This document shows positions 36,312-46,201 of a stretch of 64,000 nt of DNA, piece by piece (the first letter of the stretch is position 1; each line of letters begins with the position of its first letter). The position numbers and the translations under genes were made by a program. The DNA is from Sulfurimonas sp. (lineage in GTDB: Bacteria > Campylobacterota > Campylobacteria > Campylobacterales > Sulfurimonadaceae), in NCBI RefSeq assembly GCF_028714975.1, contig NZ_JAQTLH010000005.1:53957-117956 (forward strand), written 5' to 3'. The notes under the pieces are model-generated. The model ran no database searches. It was not told where the DNA came from and saw only the letters and a program-made list of their open reading frames with translations.

Positions 36312-38114
36312 TTATTTATAAATGTTCTTTATTATTTTTGCATCTTTTGTGCTCAAAATAGCACTTATTTCTTCAATAGTTACTTTTTTTAGCGCATCAA
36401 ATGTACCGAAATGGTTGATTAGTTTAATGATTTTTGCTTGAGATATTCCACGTAGTGTTAAAAGTTTACTCTCTTGATCTATCTTTAGCTTTGTTTTTTT
36501 ATGAAAATTTATAGCGCATCTGTGTGCTTCGTCTCTTAATCTTTGCACCCATTGGAGTCTTTTATCGCTATTTTGAAGTTTAAAAACATCATCTTTTGTA
36601 TGTACGATGTCATTTGCTTTGCCTTTTGCACGATGAGCTTTTGCATCAATCTTCTCTTTTGATATTGCTATAACATCTAAAAAAACTCCGTTAGAATCCA
36701 AAATTTCAAGCGCAAGATTTAAAAGTGCACTTCCACCGTCAAGTATCCATAAATCGGGAGGAGAATTTTTAGAAAAACTCTCAACCCTTCTTGTTAGTGT
36801 TTCTCTCATTTGCGAATATTCATCTTTTGCCTCAAGATGGTAAGTTCTATAGCTTTTTTTATCAAATGCTCCGTTTTCATAAACCGCCATGGCTCCCACG
36901 GTTGCCATTCCTGCCATATGAGAGTTGTCAAAGACTTCTACCCGCTTTGGAATTCGCTCTAAAGAGAACAACTCTTTTATTTCGCCGATTATCTCACCGC
37001 TGTTTTGCTTAATCTCTTTTTTTAGAAGTTCTGCCGCGTTTAGCAAGGCTAAGTCGATAAGTTGCTTTTTATTGCCTATTTTAGGTACTTTTATCTCTGC
37101 TTTTTTTCCAAAAATGGTCGTTAAATACTCTTCTATCGTATCTTTGCCGTCAAACTCTGAAGCTACCAATATCGGTGCCGTGATAGGCGGTTTGCCGTTT
37201 GAGTAAAAATCCATCAAAACTCTTTGATACAGTTCATCCTCGTCATACCCCTCATTTAGCTGTATATAGTCGTGAGAAGAGGAGATAATTCTGCCTTCAC
37301 GCATAAATATCCTAACGACTACCGCTCTGCTTTGTGTGTTTTGCAGGACAAATATATCGTAATTCTCACTGCTCGCAAAATCTATCTCGCTTTTAATCTC
37401 TGAACGGTTTATGCGTTCGCATCTGTCTCTAATCTCGAGCGCTTCTTCAAACCTGAGATTTTCGGCATAAAAGTGCATCTTCTCTTCCAGTTTGCTAAGC
37501 AGTGTTTTTTTATTTTGAATCAGCTCTTTTGCTGTGTCAAGCTCTTTTTTGTATATTTCATCTGAAATTTCCAGTTCACATGGTCCAAGACATTTGTCTA
37601 TTTGATAATAAAGACAGAGTTTTTTTGATTTTAACGATCCCTTTTTTTGCACAAGGCGGCATATTTCATAAACTGAGTCTAAAATATCTCTAGCACCAAC
37701 GGAGTAGGGACCGTAGTATTTAATATTTGGAGATTTTATGATTTTTCTCGTTATTTCAAATCTCGGGTACTTTTGGGAGTTGTCTATATAAATGTACGGA
37801 TATGTTTTGTCGTCGCGAAGCAAAATATTGTACTTGGGCATAAGCTGTTTTATAAGTGAATTTTCCAGTATCAATGCGTCATGCTCAGAGTTCACGACTA
37901 TATAATTCATTGATATAGTCTGAGAAATCATCTTTGTAATTCTGCTTGATAGATTTGAGTTTGGTTTTAACTCCGGTGTAAAATTAAAATAGCTTTTTAC
38001 TCTTTTTGCCAAACTCTTTGCTTTTCCGATATAGAGCAGATGACCGTCTTTGTCGAAATATTGATATATTCCGGCGCAATCGGGTAGTTGTTTTACGGTT
38101 TGTTCAAGCGTCAT
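36312..38114 (-). CDS. uvrC: Excinuclease ABC subunit C
   Basis: GIY-YIG '[23 protein letters not shown]', '[13 protein letters not shown]', an RNase-H-like 'FDNSH' endonuclease domain, and a C-terminal HhH. Confidence 0.95.
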   Translation of the reverse strand: MTLEQTVKQLPDCAGIYQYFDKDGHLLYIGKAKSLAKRVKSYFNFTPELKPNSNLSSRITKMISQTISMNYIVVNSEHDALILENSLIKQLMPKYNILLRDDKTYPYIYIDNSQKYPRFEITRKIIKSPNIKYYGPYSVGARDILDSVYEICRLVQKKGSLKSKKLCLYYQIDKCLGPCELEISDEIYKKELDTAKELIQNKKTLLSKLEEKMHFYAENLRFEEALEIRDRCERINRSEIKSEIDFASSENYDIFVLQNTQSRAVVVRIFMREGRIISSSHDYIQLNEGYDEDELYQRVLMDFYSNGKPPITAPILVASEFDGKDTIEEYLTTIFGKKAEIKVPKIGNKKQLIDLALLNAAELLKKEIKQNSGEIIGEIKELFSLERIPKRVEVFDNSHMAGMATVGAMAVYENGAFDKKSYRTYHLEAKDEYSQMRETLTRRVESFSKNSPPDLWILDGGSALLNLALEILDSNGVFLDVIAISKEKIDAKAHRAKGKANDIVHTKDDVFKLQNSDKRLQWVQRLRDEAHRCAINFHKKTKLKIDQESKLLTLRGISQAKIIKLINHFGTFDALKKVTIEEISAILSTKDAKIIKNIYK

Positions 38115-38556
38115 GACGATTCTTAATGATATTTTGAATAGTGTGAATGAGCGAATTTAATTTTTCATCGTGTATATTTATATCAAAATTACCCGTTGAA
38201 CGCTCTTTATAAACTTGTTTTATCTCTGTTGACTCTTCTTTGTTTTTTTTTGGAGAGTGCGTTACAAAAGCTTTTATATCGTCAAATAAATTCTCATCAC
38301 ACTCTTTGCACTCTTGGGGCATATAAAACTTTAAAGCACTTTTAATGCTTTGTATATTATTATCAAACTCTTGTTTCCCAACGGGATGATTAAATACAAA
38401 AAATAGAGTTCTGTTTTTGATGTAGATGAAGTTAATCATTTTTTGTACGGGCGGCGTAAACATAGATTGCACTATTTTTATACATTTATAATAAGATAGT
38501 TTAGAGAATTGAGGTCTGCTTTGAATGGAATTTATAATTTGACTAGCGTTTTTCAT
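38104..38556 (-). CDS. DUF721/DciA-like hypothetical protein
   Basis: 150 aa. Its stop overlaps the uvrC start by 11 nt. The pattern '[19 protein letters not shown]' resembles DUF721 ('..gvL.v.v.s..w..EL'). The assignment is weak. Confidence 0.4.
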   Translation of the reverse strand: MKNASQIINSIQSRPQFSKLSYYKCIKIVQSMFTPPVQKMINFIYIKNRTLFFVFNHPVGKQEFDNNIQSIKSALKFYMPQECKECDENLFDDIKAFVTHSPKKNKEESTEIKQVYKERSTGNFDINIHDEKLNSLIHTIQNIIKNRHDA

Positions 38557-38571
38557 CTAGTAATTATAGCA

Positions 38572-38715
38572 ATGTTTTTATTAAGTTTTAGTGGATGTGG
38601 ACGCAAGGGTAATCCATATTATTTAGAAGATGCGCCCGAAGGTGATAAAAATGTAAAATTTTTTATCAAAAAGCCAAGCGGTGACAACAATGAAAGCAGC
38701 AGTGGAAATAGATGA
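38572..38715 (+). CDS. Small lipoprotein, LptM/YifL-like
   Basis: 'MFLLSFSGCGRKGNPYYLEDAP' resembles the E. coli YifL/LptM 'L.GCG.KGPLY.P' N-terminus. Its stop overlaps the nadB ATG (ATGA). The ORF track begins further upstream at 38509. Confidence 0.45.
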   Translation: MFLLSFSGCGRKGNPYYLEDAPEGDKNVKFFIKKPSGDNNESSSGNR

Positions 38716-40154
38716 AATATGATGTAATAATTGTAGGTGCAGGTGTAGCAGGACTTTATGCCGCAATGCATCTGCCTCGTGATAAAAAAGTTCTTATTAT
38801 AAACAAAAGAGAGACTTTTAAATGCAACAGTTTTTATGCTCAAGGCGGTATTGCTTTAGCTATCGATAAAGATGATATCCCTCTGCATGTAAAAGATACG
38901 CTTGAAGCAGGTGCAGGGCTTTGCGATGAAGAGGCGGTAAAAGTTTTAAGCGAGAGTTCAAGAGGCATCATTGATGATTTGATAGCCCGCGGATTTGAGT
39001 TTGATAGAGATAAAGACGGAAAACTATTATACACGAAAGAAGCTGCCCACTCAAAAGAACGCATACTTCATGCAGGAGGGGACGCAACCGGTAGATATAT
39101 GCACTACTTTTTGCTGGAACAAAATCCTCATCCTATGCTTACCGATGCCAGAGTGGTAGATTTGCTTATAAAAGACGGCGAGTGTTACGGGGTAACGGTA
39201 CTTGATCACAGAGAGAGCAGAAATATATATGCCGATAATGTAATCATTGCCAGCGGCGGAGTAGGCTCACTGTATGCATATCATACAAATGCGCCATGTA
39301 TAAGTGCCGATATGCAGGGTCTTTGCGTTATGAAAGGCATAGAGCTTGCCGACATGGAGATGATGCAGTTTCATCCGACAGTATATGTAGATAACGACTC
39401 TGCTCAAAAATTGCTTCTAACGGAGGCTCTAAGGGGTGAGGGTGCTACCGTTGAAGATGAAAATGGAAGAAGATTTTTGTTTGATTATGATGAGAGAGGG
39501 GAGCTTGCTTCAAGAGATATAGTCAGCAAAGCGATATATGATCATAATAAAAAAACAGGATTGCAGACATATTTATCGTTTAAAAACTTTGACCATGTCT
39601 ACTTTACAAAAAGATTTCCAAACCTTTATAAAAATTTACAGCTTCTGGGGTTTGATGTACCAAAACAGAGAGTTCCAATCTCTCCGGCTTTTCACTATGC
39701 AATCGGGGGAATTAAAACAGATGTAAACGGTGCCGTGCCGGGTGTCAAATCTCTTTATGCGATAGGAGAAGTTGCATCTACGAAAGTTCACGGTGCAAAT
39801 AGACTTGCTTCTAACTCTCTTTTAGAGGGTCTTGTATTTGGCAAAAGGGCTGTTGAAGATATTTTAAAGAAGCCGCATGTAAAAAAAGAGATTAAGTTTG
39901 AAGTAAGCGATGAGGTGATGAGCCTCAAAGAGGATAAAGAGAAAAAAAATCTTCTTAGAAAAATCATGTGGGAAAATGTCTCGATTGTTAGAACAAAAAA
40001 AGGTTTAAATAGTGCATTGGATCAAATCAATGCTCTTTTAAGTGAAAAAGTAGGCAAACTTCTTAAATTTCGCCTACTCACGGCAAGAGAGATTGTTCTT
40101 GCGGCACTTTCTAGAGAGAAGTCCATAGGAGTACATTACAGAAGTGAAGATTGA
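38712..40154 (+). CDS. nadB: L-aspartate oxidase
   Basis: 'YDVIIVGAGVAGLYAA' FAD fold, 'YAQGGIA', 'HPT', 'GGI.TD', 'LYAIGEVASTKVHGANRLASNSLLEGLVFG'. Confidence 0.9.
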   Translation: MKYDVIIVGAGVAGLYAAMHLPRDKKVLIINKRETFKCNSFYAQGGIALAIDKDDIPLHVKDTLEAGAGLCDEEAVKVLSESSRGIIDDLIARGFEFDRDKDGKLLYTKEAAHSKERILHAGGDATGRYMHYFLLEQNPHPMLTDARVVDLLIKDGECYGVTVLDHRESRNIYADNVIIASGGVGSLYAYHTNAPCISADMQGLCVMKGIELADMEMMQFHPTVYVDNDSAQKLLLTEALRGEGATVEDENGRRFLFDYDERGELASRDIVSKAIYDHNKKTGLQTYLSFKNFDHVYFTKRFPNLYKNLQLLGFDVPKQRVPISPAFHYAIGGIKTDVNGAVPGVKSLYAIGEVASTKVHGANRLASNSLLEGLVFGKRAVEDILKKPHVKKEIKFEVSDEVMSLKEDKEKKNLLRKIMWENVSIVRTKKGLNSALDQINALLSEKVGKLLKFRLLTAREIVLAALSREKSIGVHYRSED

Positions 40155-41461
40155 TCCTTTTTCTCATGATATTCGCCGGCGATTTTGAGCAAGAAAGGAA
40201 CACTCAAGTTGAGTATAAAAGCAGTTAGTGAGATTAGGAGTAAATCGTCACTTGTGATGAGTTTCATCGAGAGTGCCGCCATAGCAACCAAAAATGTTAC
40301 TTCCGCTCTTCCTTGCATCGCAATCCCGATGAGAGATGCAGAATGCCATGGAAGTTTATTGATATAGTATGCCGTGAGTGCAGCAGCGATAAATTGTGCT
40401 ACAAATAAAACAAATGCTAAGATACAAGCGTTGAAAAGCACACTCAGCAGGAGTGAAAAACTTCCTATCTCCATCTGTAATCCAATGCTAATAAAAAAGA
40501 TTGGAGCGAAAAAATAGAGAGTTAAAAAACGTAACTTTTCAATAGCTTCATGAAAGACCTTATCCCCGTCATTTTGATTTTCAAAATGATCTTTGTTGAT
40601 AATTAAACCCATAAAATAAGCTCCCAATGCCACACTCGTAGCAAAATACTCTGCTATAAATGAACCTAAAAAAGCCAAAAATATCATGATTATAATAGCG
40701 GCATTGGTTTCTTGTTTACCCAAAAATTGGGTAGCTCCTAGATGTGAATAGATACTGTTTTTTGTTCTAGTAATGAGATTTAGGAGTGCCCCACTTTTTT
40801 TAAGAGATGTCGTTGGATGAAAGAGAAAAAATAGATAGGCGATAAGTGCCATTACACCACTAAAAAAGAGAAAATTTGAAAGAGGCGAAAGAGCTAACAC
40901 TGCGATAGCTTCAAGTGAGATGCCAAGTGATGATGAGGCTTGCAAAGAGACAAGAACGCCTCCCAGAACTCCCCATAAAATGAGTGAGAGTACATCATCA
41001 GTCAATGCGGCAGCTACGATGATGGGTTGAAGTTTTGCTTTGGCACTAAAGGAGAGTGTATTGAGAGTCAAAAATGCAATTCCTATGGAAGTAGGAGCAA
41101 ATGCCATCGCAAAAACAATAGCCTTGATAGTATCGCCGCTGAGAAAATATTCTGTCAAATAGATCATTGCGAAGGGTAAAATAACACCGGCTAGAGCGAT
41201 TTTCCACCCTTTCTTAACTCCTTGTGCAAATCCTTCGAGGTTTTCTTCCAGACCAAGATAAAAAAATAAAAAGATAGTTCCTATGAAAGCAAAAGTCTCA
41301 ATCGTTGCCGAATGAGGCGAGAGGAGATGAAAATTGACTGCTATAAGCCCTCCGATAAGATAAAAAAGAACATCGGCAATTCCCGTTTTTTTGGATATCC
41401 AAAGGGAGCCGATAATAATAATAAGCAGATAGAGCAAGATATGGGTTGTAATCATTTCCAT
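40136..41461 (-). CDS. Cation:proton antiporter (CPA2/Kef-type membrane domain, no KTN domain)
   Basis: 441 aa with about 12 TM helices. 'ADVLFYLIGGLIAV', 'FLFFYLGLEENL' and 'TDDVLSLILWGV' are typical Na_H_Exchanger features. Its 3' end overlaps nadB convergently by 19 nt. Confidence 0.75.
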   Translation of the reverse strand: MEMITTHILLYLLIIIIGSLWISKKTGIADVLFYLIGGLIAVNFHLLSPHSATIETFAFIGTIFLFFYLGLEENLEGFAQGVKKGWKIALAGVILPFAMIYLTEYFLSGDTIKAIVFAMAFAPTSIGIAFLTLNTLSFSAKAKLQPIIVAAALTDDVLSLILWGVLGGVLVSLQASSSLGISLEAIAVLALSPLSNFLFFSGVMALIAYLFFLFHPTTSLKKSGALLNLITRTKNSIYSHLGATQFLGKQETNAAIIIMIFLAFLGSFIAEYFATSVALGAYFMGLIINKDHFENQNDGDKVFHEAIEKLRFLTLYFFAPIFFISIGLQMEIGSFSLLLSVLFNACILAFVLFVAQFIAAALTAYYINKLPWHSASLIGIAMQGRAEVTFLVAMAALSMKLITSDDLLLISLTAFILNLSVPFLLKIAGEYHEKKDQSSLL

Positions 41462-41653
41462 AAGTAAAAAGCCTTGATTTATGTAGTTAGATTATGACTT
41501 AAATAAGTTTATAGTATCCTTTTAGCCTCTGCTTATATTAAACAAAATAGATTCTTAATTTAATTTATTGTATTCTTTTATCATTGAAAGGATGAAATCC
41601 TTCTTAAAGCCATTTTTTTGGCACTTCAAAACACACTTATTAAAGGTATTAAA

Positions 41654-43204
41654 ATGACAAATGTTAGCATTATAGTTTTAGATTTTGGCTCTCAATATAC
41701 CCAGCTTATAGCTCGTCGCTTACGAGAAGATAAAATTTATTGCGAAATTCTTCCTTACCATACAAAAGTTGAAGATATAAAAGCAAAAAACCCAAAGGGC
41801 GTTATTCTTAGCGGCGGACCCTCTTCGGTTTACAACAAAGATGCATATGTGGTGGATCAAGGTGTTTATCAAATGGGAATTCCCGTGCTTGGTATCTGTT
41901 ACGGTATGCAGAGAATTGCAGTGGATTTCGGCGGTAGCGTAATTCGTTCAAATCACCATGAGTACGGCAAAGCGGAATTAACTATAAACAACTATGAGAA
42001 CAGCTGTTCACCTCTTTTAAAAGATTGTGACGACGGGCGAATCGTTTGGATGAGCCATAGCGATAAAGTAGATATCCTTCCTGAAGGTTTTTCTCCGATT
42101 GCCACATCTGCAAACTCTCCTTATGCGGCTATTGCCGATGAGAAAAGACGCATATACGCAATGCAGTATCATCCTGAAGTTCAACACTCCGAAGAGGGTT
42201 ATTTGATGCTTCGCAACTTCGCAAGAAATATTTGCGGTGTTACGGAAAAGTGGAAAATGGAACACTTTTTAAAAGAGCAGATTAAAATTATTCGCGAAAA
42301 GGTAGGAACGGGAAAAGTTCTTTGCGGACTAAGCGGCGGAGTTGACAGCTCGGTAGTTGCCGCTATGCTTTATGAAGCAATCGGTAATCAGCTCGTACCA
42401 GTATTTGTAGATAACGGGCTGCTTAGAAAAGGCGAGAGAGAGCAGGTTGAAGAGGTTTTTAAAATCAATCTAAAAGTTCCGTTGGTCGTCGTTGATGCCA
42501 GAGAGAGCTTTTTAAGCAAGCTTGCGGGTGTAAAAGACCCTGAAACAAAACGAAAAATCATCGGGCATACATTCATAGAAGAGTTTGAGAAAGAGGCTAA
42601 AAAGCATGACGGTATTAAGTTTTTGGCTCAAGGCACGCTTTATCCCGATGTTATAGAATCTGTTTCGGTTAATGGTCCCTCAGAGGTTATAAAATCTCAT
42701 CATAATGTCGGCGGCCTGCCTGATTGGATGGATTTTGAACTGATTGAGCCGCTTCGCGAACTCTTTAAAGATGAGGTGCGCAAAATCGGTTTAGAACTTG
42801 GTCTTCCCGAGTCAATGATAAACCGCCATCCGTTCCCCGGACCGGGTTTGGCGATTAGAATTATGGGTGATGTAAACGAAGCTGATTTAACGCTGCTTAG
42901 AGAAGCTGATGTTATCTTGCTTGATGAGTTAAAAGCAAGCGGATATTACGCAAAAACTTGGCAGGCGTTTGCAGTTCTGCTTAATGTAAAATCAGTCGGA
43001 GTTATGGGCGATAACCGTACATACGACAATACCGTTTGTGTTAGAGTTGTTGAAGCGGTTGATGGAATGACAGCAACATTTGCACATCTTCCGCATGACC
43101 TCTTAGAAAGAATCAGCAGAAGAATCATCAATGAAGTTGACGGAATTAACCGTGTTGTTTATGATATAAGCTCAAAACCGCCCGCAACAATCGAGTGGGA
43201 ATAA
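41654..43204 (+). CDS. guaA: GMP synthase (glutamine-hydrolysing)
   Basis: The ORF track gives 41618; the ATG at 41654 ([25 protein letters not shown]) is preferred. 'GICYGMQ', 'QYHPEV', 'LSGGVDSSV' and the C-terminal 'KPPATIEWE' are present. Confidence 0.95.
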   Translation: MTNVSIIVLDFGSQYTQLIARRLREDKIYCEILPYHTKVEDIKAKNPKGVILSGGPSSVYNKDAYVVDQGVYQMGIPVLGICYGMQRIAVDFGGSVIRSNHHEYGKAELTINNYENSCSPLLKDCDDGRIVWMSHSDKVDILPEGFSPIATSANSPYAAIADEKRRIYAMQYHPEVQHSEEGYLMLRNFARNICGVTEKWKMEHFLKEQIKIIREKVGTGKVLCGLSGGVDSSVVAAMLYEAIGNQLVPVFVDNGLLRKGEREQVEEVFKINLKVPLVVVDARESFLSKLAGVKDPETKRKIIGHTFIEEFEKEAKKHDGIKFLAQGTLYPDVIESVSVNGPSEVIKSHHNVGGLPDWMDFELIEPLRELFKDEVRKIGLELGLPESMINRHPFPGPGLAIRIMGDVNEADLTLLREADVILLDELKASGYYAKTWQAFAVLLNVKSVGVMGDNRTYDNTVCVRVVEAVDGMTATFAHLPHDLLERISRRIINEVDGINRVVYDISSKPPATIEWE

Positions 43205-43339
43205 AATTAAGAAAAATTTCGGTTCATCTTGCAATGATTTAGGCAAAGAGGTAGTTCACTATCTCATAGCCTAAAAACATTACAACCTAAACCAAACTTT
43301 TTATAATTTTGCACAAATAAAATTGGAAATAAGTATCAT

Positions 43340-43978
43340 ATGTCAAAAAAAGTCTATCTTTTCGCTACTTCTAAAAGCGAACATGCAATAAATATAAAAT
43401 CTTTAGATGTCAGGTTTTTAAAGCCAGACATTGATTTTTCAAAATATAACTATCTGATTATAACATCAAAACAGACCGTAAAGGCGCTAGAACAGTATGA
43501 TAAAAAAGATTTCATAAATATTCCCGCACTTTGCGTATCCGTTAAGACGGCAAATGCATATAAAGGGTTTGGCGGTAAAATTTTGGCTATCGGTGACGGT
43601 TACGGCGATAATCTGGTAGAAGATATAAAAAAATTTTCAAAAGATACAAAATGGCTCTATCTTAGAGCAGAGCTTATAGCCTCTGATTTTGTTCAAAGAA
43701 GCAAAGATGAGGGCTATCTTATAGATGAAGAGATTCTTTATGTGAGTGAGTGTTCACAAGAGATTTTAGATGTAAGAGTGAATGATGACTCTACCCTTAT
43801 TTTTACATCTCCTTCATCAATAGAGTGTTTTTTAAAAAATAATTCCATACATCCCGATGCTAAAATCATTGTAATCGGTAAAACAACGGCTAATCTTTTA
43901 CCCAATGGAGTAAAATATGTGATTAGCGAAAAGACTTCTATTGAGAGCTGTATCGAATTGGCTTTAGAAATAGAGTAG
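43340..43978 (+). CDS. hemD: Uroporphyrinogen-III synthase-like protein
   Basis: 212 aa with two pseudo-repeats, 'YLIITSKQTVKAL' and 'TLIFTSPSSIECFL' (the TS..aV motif of the HEM4 family). Divergent, so confidence is moderate. Confidence 0.55.
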   Translation: MSKKVYLFATSKSEHAINIKSLDVRFLKPDIDFSKYNYLIITSKQTVKALEQYDKKDFINIPALCVSVKTANAYKGFGGKILAIGDGYGDNLVEDIKKFSKDTKWLYLRAELIASDFVQRSKDEGYLIDEEILYVSECSQEILDVRVNDDSTLIFTSPSSIECFLKNNSIHPDAKIIVIGKTTANLLPNGVKYVISEKTSIESCIELALEIE

Positions 43979-43999
43979 AATTTTTGCAATAATCTGATG

Positions 44000-44155
44000 T
44001 TATACGCTAAATGAGCAATACCCAAAAGTGAGGGCACACGAGCCCATTTAGCGGCAGGGACAAATGTCCCTTGCAACCCCCTAAAGCTACGAAAAACATG
44101 TTTTTCGAGAATTTCAAGGTATTTTACGCTCTTTTTAAAAAAGCGCGTAAGGTCA
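44000..44155 (+). repeat. Intergenic palindromic repeat element, family 1, copy 2
   Basis: Core 'GGCAGGGACAAATGTCCCTTGCAACCCCCTAAAGCTAC' at 44053-44090, followed by hairpins GAAAAACATGTTTTTC and TACGCTCTTTTTAAAAAAGCGCGTAAGGTCA, parallel to copy 1. Confidence 0.7.
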
Positions 44156-44202
44156 GTAACGATTTACAAATAAAATCAAGAAATATTTTGTATAATAGTA
44201 AT

Positions 44203-44405
44203 AACAGTCTGGGTGGTTCGATATATCGCACAATGAGGGTTCTACATTTTCACATAGCGAACTAGTAGGATTTTCGTGTGCCGGTGCTATCGTTTGAGAT
44301 ATGTTAACTCTGTCGAGATAATGCCGCCGTTAGAGAATTCTCTCTTCGCCCAAATACGGCTTTTTAGAACCAAGCCAAATGCGAGACGGCTACTCGGGCT
44401 GCTTT
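44203..44405 (+). ncRNA. ssrS: Candidate 6S RNA (ssrS), or alternatively a long structured purD leader
   Basis: TG-TATAAT box at 44089-44096 of the +strand text (positions 44189-44196). The ends of a ~200-nt stretch pair: 44205-44218 CAGTCTGGGTGGTT with 44388-44401 GGCTACTCGGGCTG (14 bp including G-U). Further in-register helices are 44226-44230/44380-44384 and 44238-44243/44366-44371. The ORFs here are short and implausible. From memory, 6S RNA sits upstream of purD in epsilonproteobacteria. Confidence 0.4.
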
Positions 44406-44474
44406 ATAAAGATATCTGCTTAGTCTATTTTGATGGGTTGAGTAGATATTTTTTAATTAATTTACGGAGCATTG

Positions 44475-45740
44475 ATGAAAATTTTAATTTTAGGCAACGG
44501 CGGTAGAGAGTATTCAATAGGTCGTGCAATTTTAAACGAAAAAGAGGCGCATGAACTTTTTTTTATGCCCGGAAACGGCGCAACAAGCAATTTGGGAACA
44601 AATCTAAATATCAAAGATTATAACGAATTGGCAGAATTTGCTAAAAGCAATGATATAGAATTGACTATTGTAGGACCTGAGGCTCCGCTAGTGGAGGGTG
44701 TCGTCGATATTTTTAAAGCGCACGGGCTTACAATATTCGGACCTAGTAAAAAAGCGGCACAGCTAGAAGGTTCAAAAGTTTATATGAAAAACTTTTTAGC
44801 AAAATATAATATCCCGACAGCGCGCTATATAGAGACATCATCCATAGAAGATGCGTTTAAATTTACGGATAAACTCACTGCTCCTATTGTTGTAAAAGCG
44901 GACGGTCTTTGCGGCGGCAAGGGTGTTATCATTGCGCAGAGCCACGATGAAGCAAAAATTGCAATTTCTGAGATGTTAAGTGGAAAAAGCTTTGGTGATG
45001 CCGGACTAAAAGTTATCGTAGAAGAGTTTTTAGACGGTTATGAACTTTCCATGTTTGCAGTTTGCGACGGTGAGGACTATATACTTTTACCGGCTGCACA
45101 AGATCACAAAAGAGTTATGGACAATGACCAAGGACCAAATACCGGAGGAATGGGTGCATACGCGCCGACTCCATTGGTTGATGAAGTGCTTTATCAAAAA
45201 GTCAGAGAGAGAATTATCCGTCCAACTTTAGACGGTATGAAAAAAGAGGGTGCTCCTTTTGAGGGTGTGCTTTTTATCGGTATTATGGTCGTAAAGGGCG
45301 AGCCTATTACTTTAGAGTTTAATGTTCGCTTCGGAGATCCTGAGTGTGAAATACTTATGCCGCTTATGACTTCAAGCGTTAGCGATATGTTTTACAAGGC
45401 TGCTACAAATAGACTCGGCGAGATAAAAGTAGAATTTTCTAAAGAGTTTGCAGTAGGTGTTGTTATGGCGAGTGCAAATTATCCATACTCAAGTTCAACA
45501 CCTGCCGAGATAATCTTAGATAAAGTTTATCATGAAGAGGTAGAAAAATATACGCATATCTCTTATGCGGGCGTGAGTATGATTGACGGTAAGCTTTATG
45601 CAGACGGCGGCAGAGTTTTAGTCTGTGTCGGGGTTGGCAACAGCATAAAAGAGGCAAGAGACAGAGCCTATATGAGATGCGGGCAGGTTCATTTTGCCGG
45701 TAAAAAACTCCGAACAGATATAGCTTATCAAGCATTATAA
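44475..45740 (+). CDS. purD: Phosphoribosylamine-glycine ligase
   Basis: '[19 protein letters not shown]', '[14 protein letters not shown]', '[13 protein letters not shown]', 'NTGGMGAY', '[11 protein letters not shown]'. ATG at 44475; the ORF track begins 3 nt earlier at a TTG. Confidence 0.95.
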   Translation: MKILILGNGGREYSIGRAILNEKEAHELFFMPGNGATSNLGTNLNIKDYNELAEFAKSNDIELTIVGPEAPLVEGVVDIFKAHGLTIFGPSKKAAQLEGSKVYMKNFLAKYNIPTARYIETSSIEDAFKFTDKLTAPIVVKADGLCGGKGVIIAQSHDEAKIAISEMLSGKSFGDAGLKVIVEEFLDGYELSMFAVCDGEDYILLPAAQDHKRVMDNDQGPNTGGMGAYAPTPLVDEVLYQKVRERIIRPTLDGMKKEGAPFEGVLFIGIMVVKGEPITLEFNVRFGDPECEILMPLMTSSVSDMFYKAATNRLGEIKVEFSKEFAVGVVMASANYPYSSSTPAEIILDKVYHEEVEKYTHISYAGVSMIDGKLYADGGRVLVCVGVGNSIKEARDRAYMRCGQVHFAGKKLRTDIAYQAL

Positions 45741-45751
45741 AAAGAAGTAAA

Positions 45752-46201
45752 GTGAACGAAGAGATTCAAAATATCCTTCATCGCGAGGGAATGACATTAG
45801 CAACGATTAAAAAGAGAAGCATGGCTTTTTTTATAGACGAGATGCTACTTTCATTTTTGCTTATTATAGCATTGGGGGACTCTTTTTTTGAAGCTAAAAC
45901 GGTTGAAGAGATGATTTTGCTTACAAATACATTTGTTTTAGAATATATGGCTATGAAAATTGTTTATCAAGCTTTTTTTGTTATGCAGTACGGTGCAACT
46001 TTAGGCAAAATTGCTATGAAAATAAGGGTAATAGAGATTAAAACGCTTCAAACACCGAATGTTGTCGTTGCACTAAATCGTTCATTTGTAAGGATAGTAA
46101 GCGAGATGTTATTTTATCTTGGATTTTTATGGGGCATTATGGACCCGGATAGGCAGACTTGGCACGATAAAAGTGCCAAAACTTTGGTTATAGATGCTTA
46201 A
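45752..46201 (+). CDS. RDD family membrane protein
   Basis: 'KRSMAFFIDEMLLSFLL' followed by TM helices. The C-terminal 'DRQTWHDKSAKTLVI' is the typical RDD-domain ending. Confidence 0.7.
   Translation: MNEEIQNILHREGMTLATIKKRSMAFFIDEMLLSFLLIIALGDSFFEAKTVEEMILLTNTFVLEYMAMKIVYQAFFVMQYGATLGKIAMKIRVIEIKTLQTPNVVVALNRSFVRIVSEMLFYLGFLWGIMDPDRQTWHDKSAKTLVIDA

Noticed and set aside
44203-44474. ZTP (pfl) or purine riboswitch controlling purD.
   Set aside because: I could not find the conserved ZTP sub-domain sequences (..CCGGGCGGA../..CCGCCTGGGC..) or a purine-riboswitch three-way junction. The long end-to-end pairing fits a 6S-like hairpin better.
44071-44506. Two + strand ORFs (64 and 76 aa) between hemD and purD.
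   Set aside because: They have no RBS, an odd composition, and overlap repeat family 1 copy 2 and the candidate 6S RNA/purD leader. They are better explained as non-coding.
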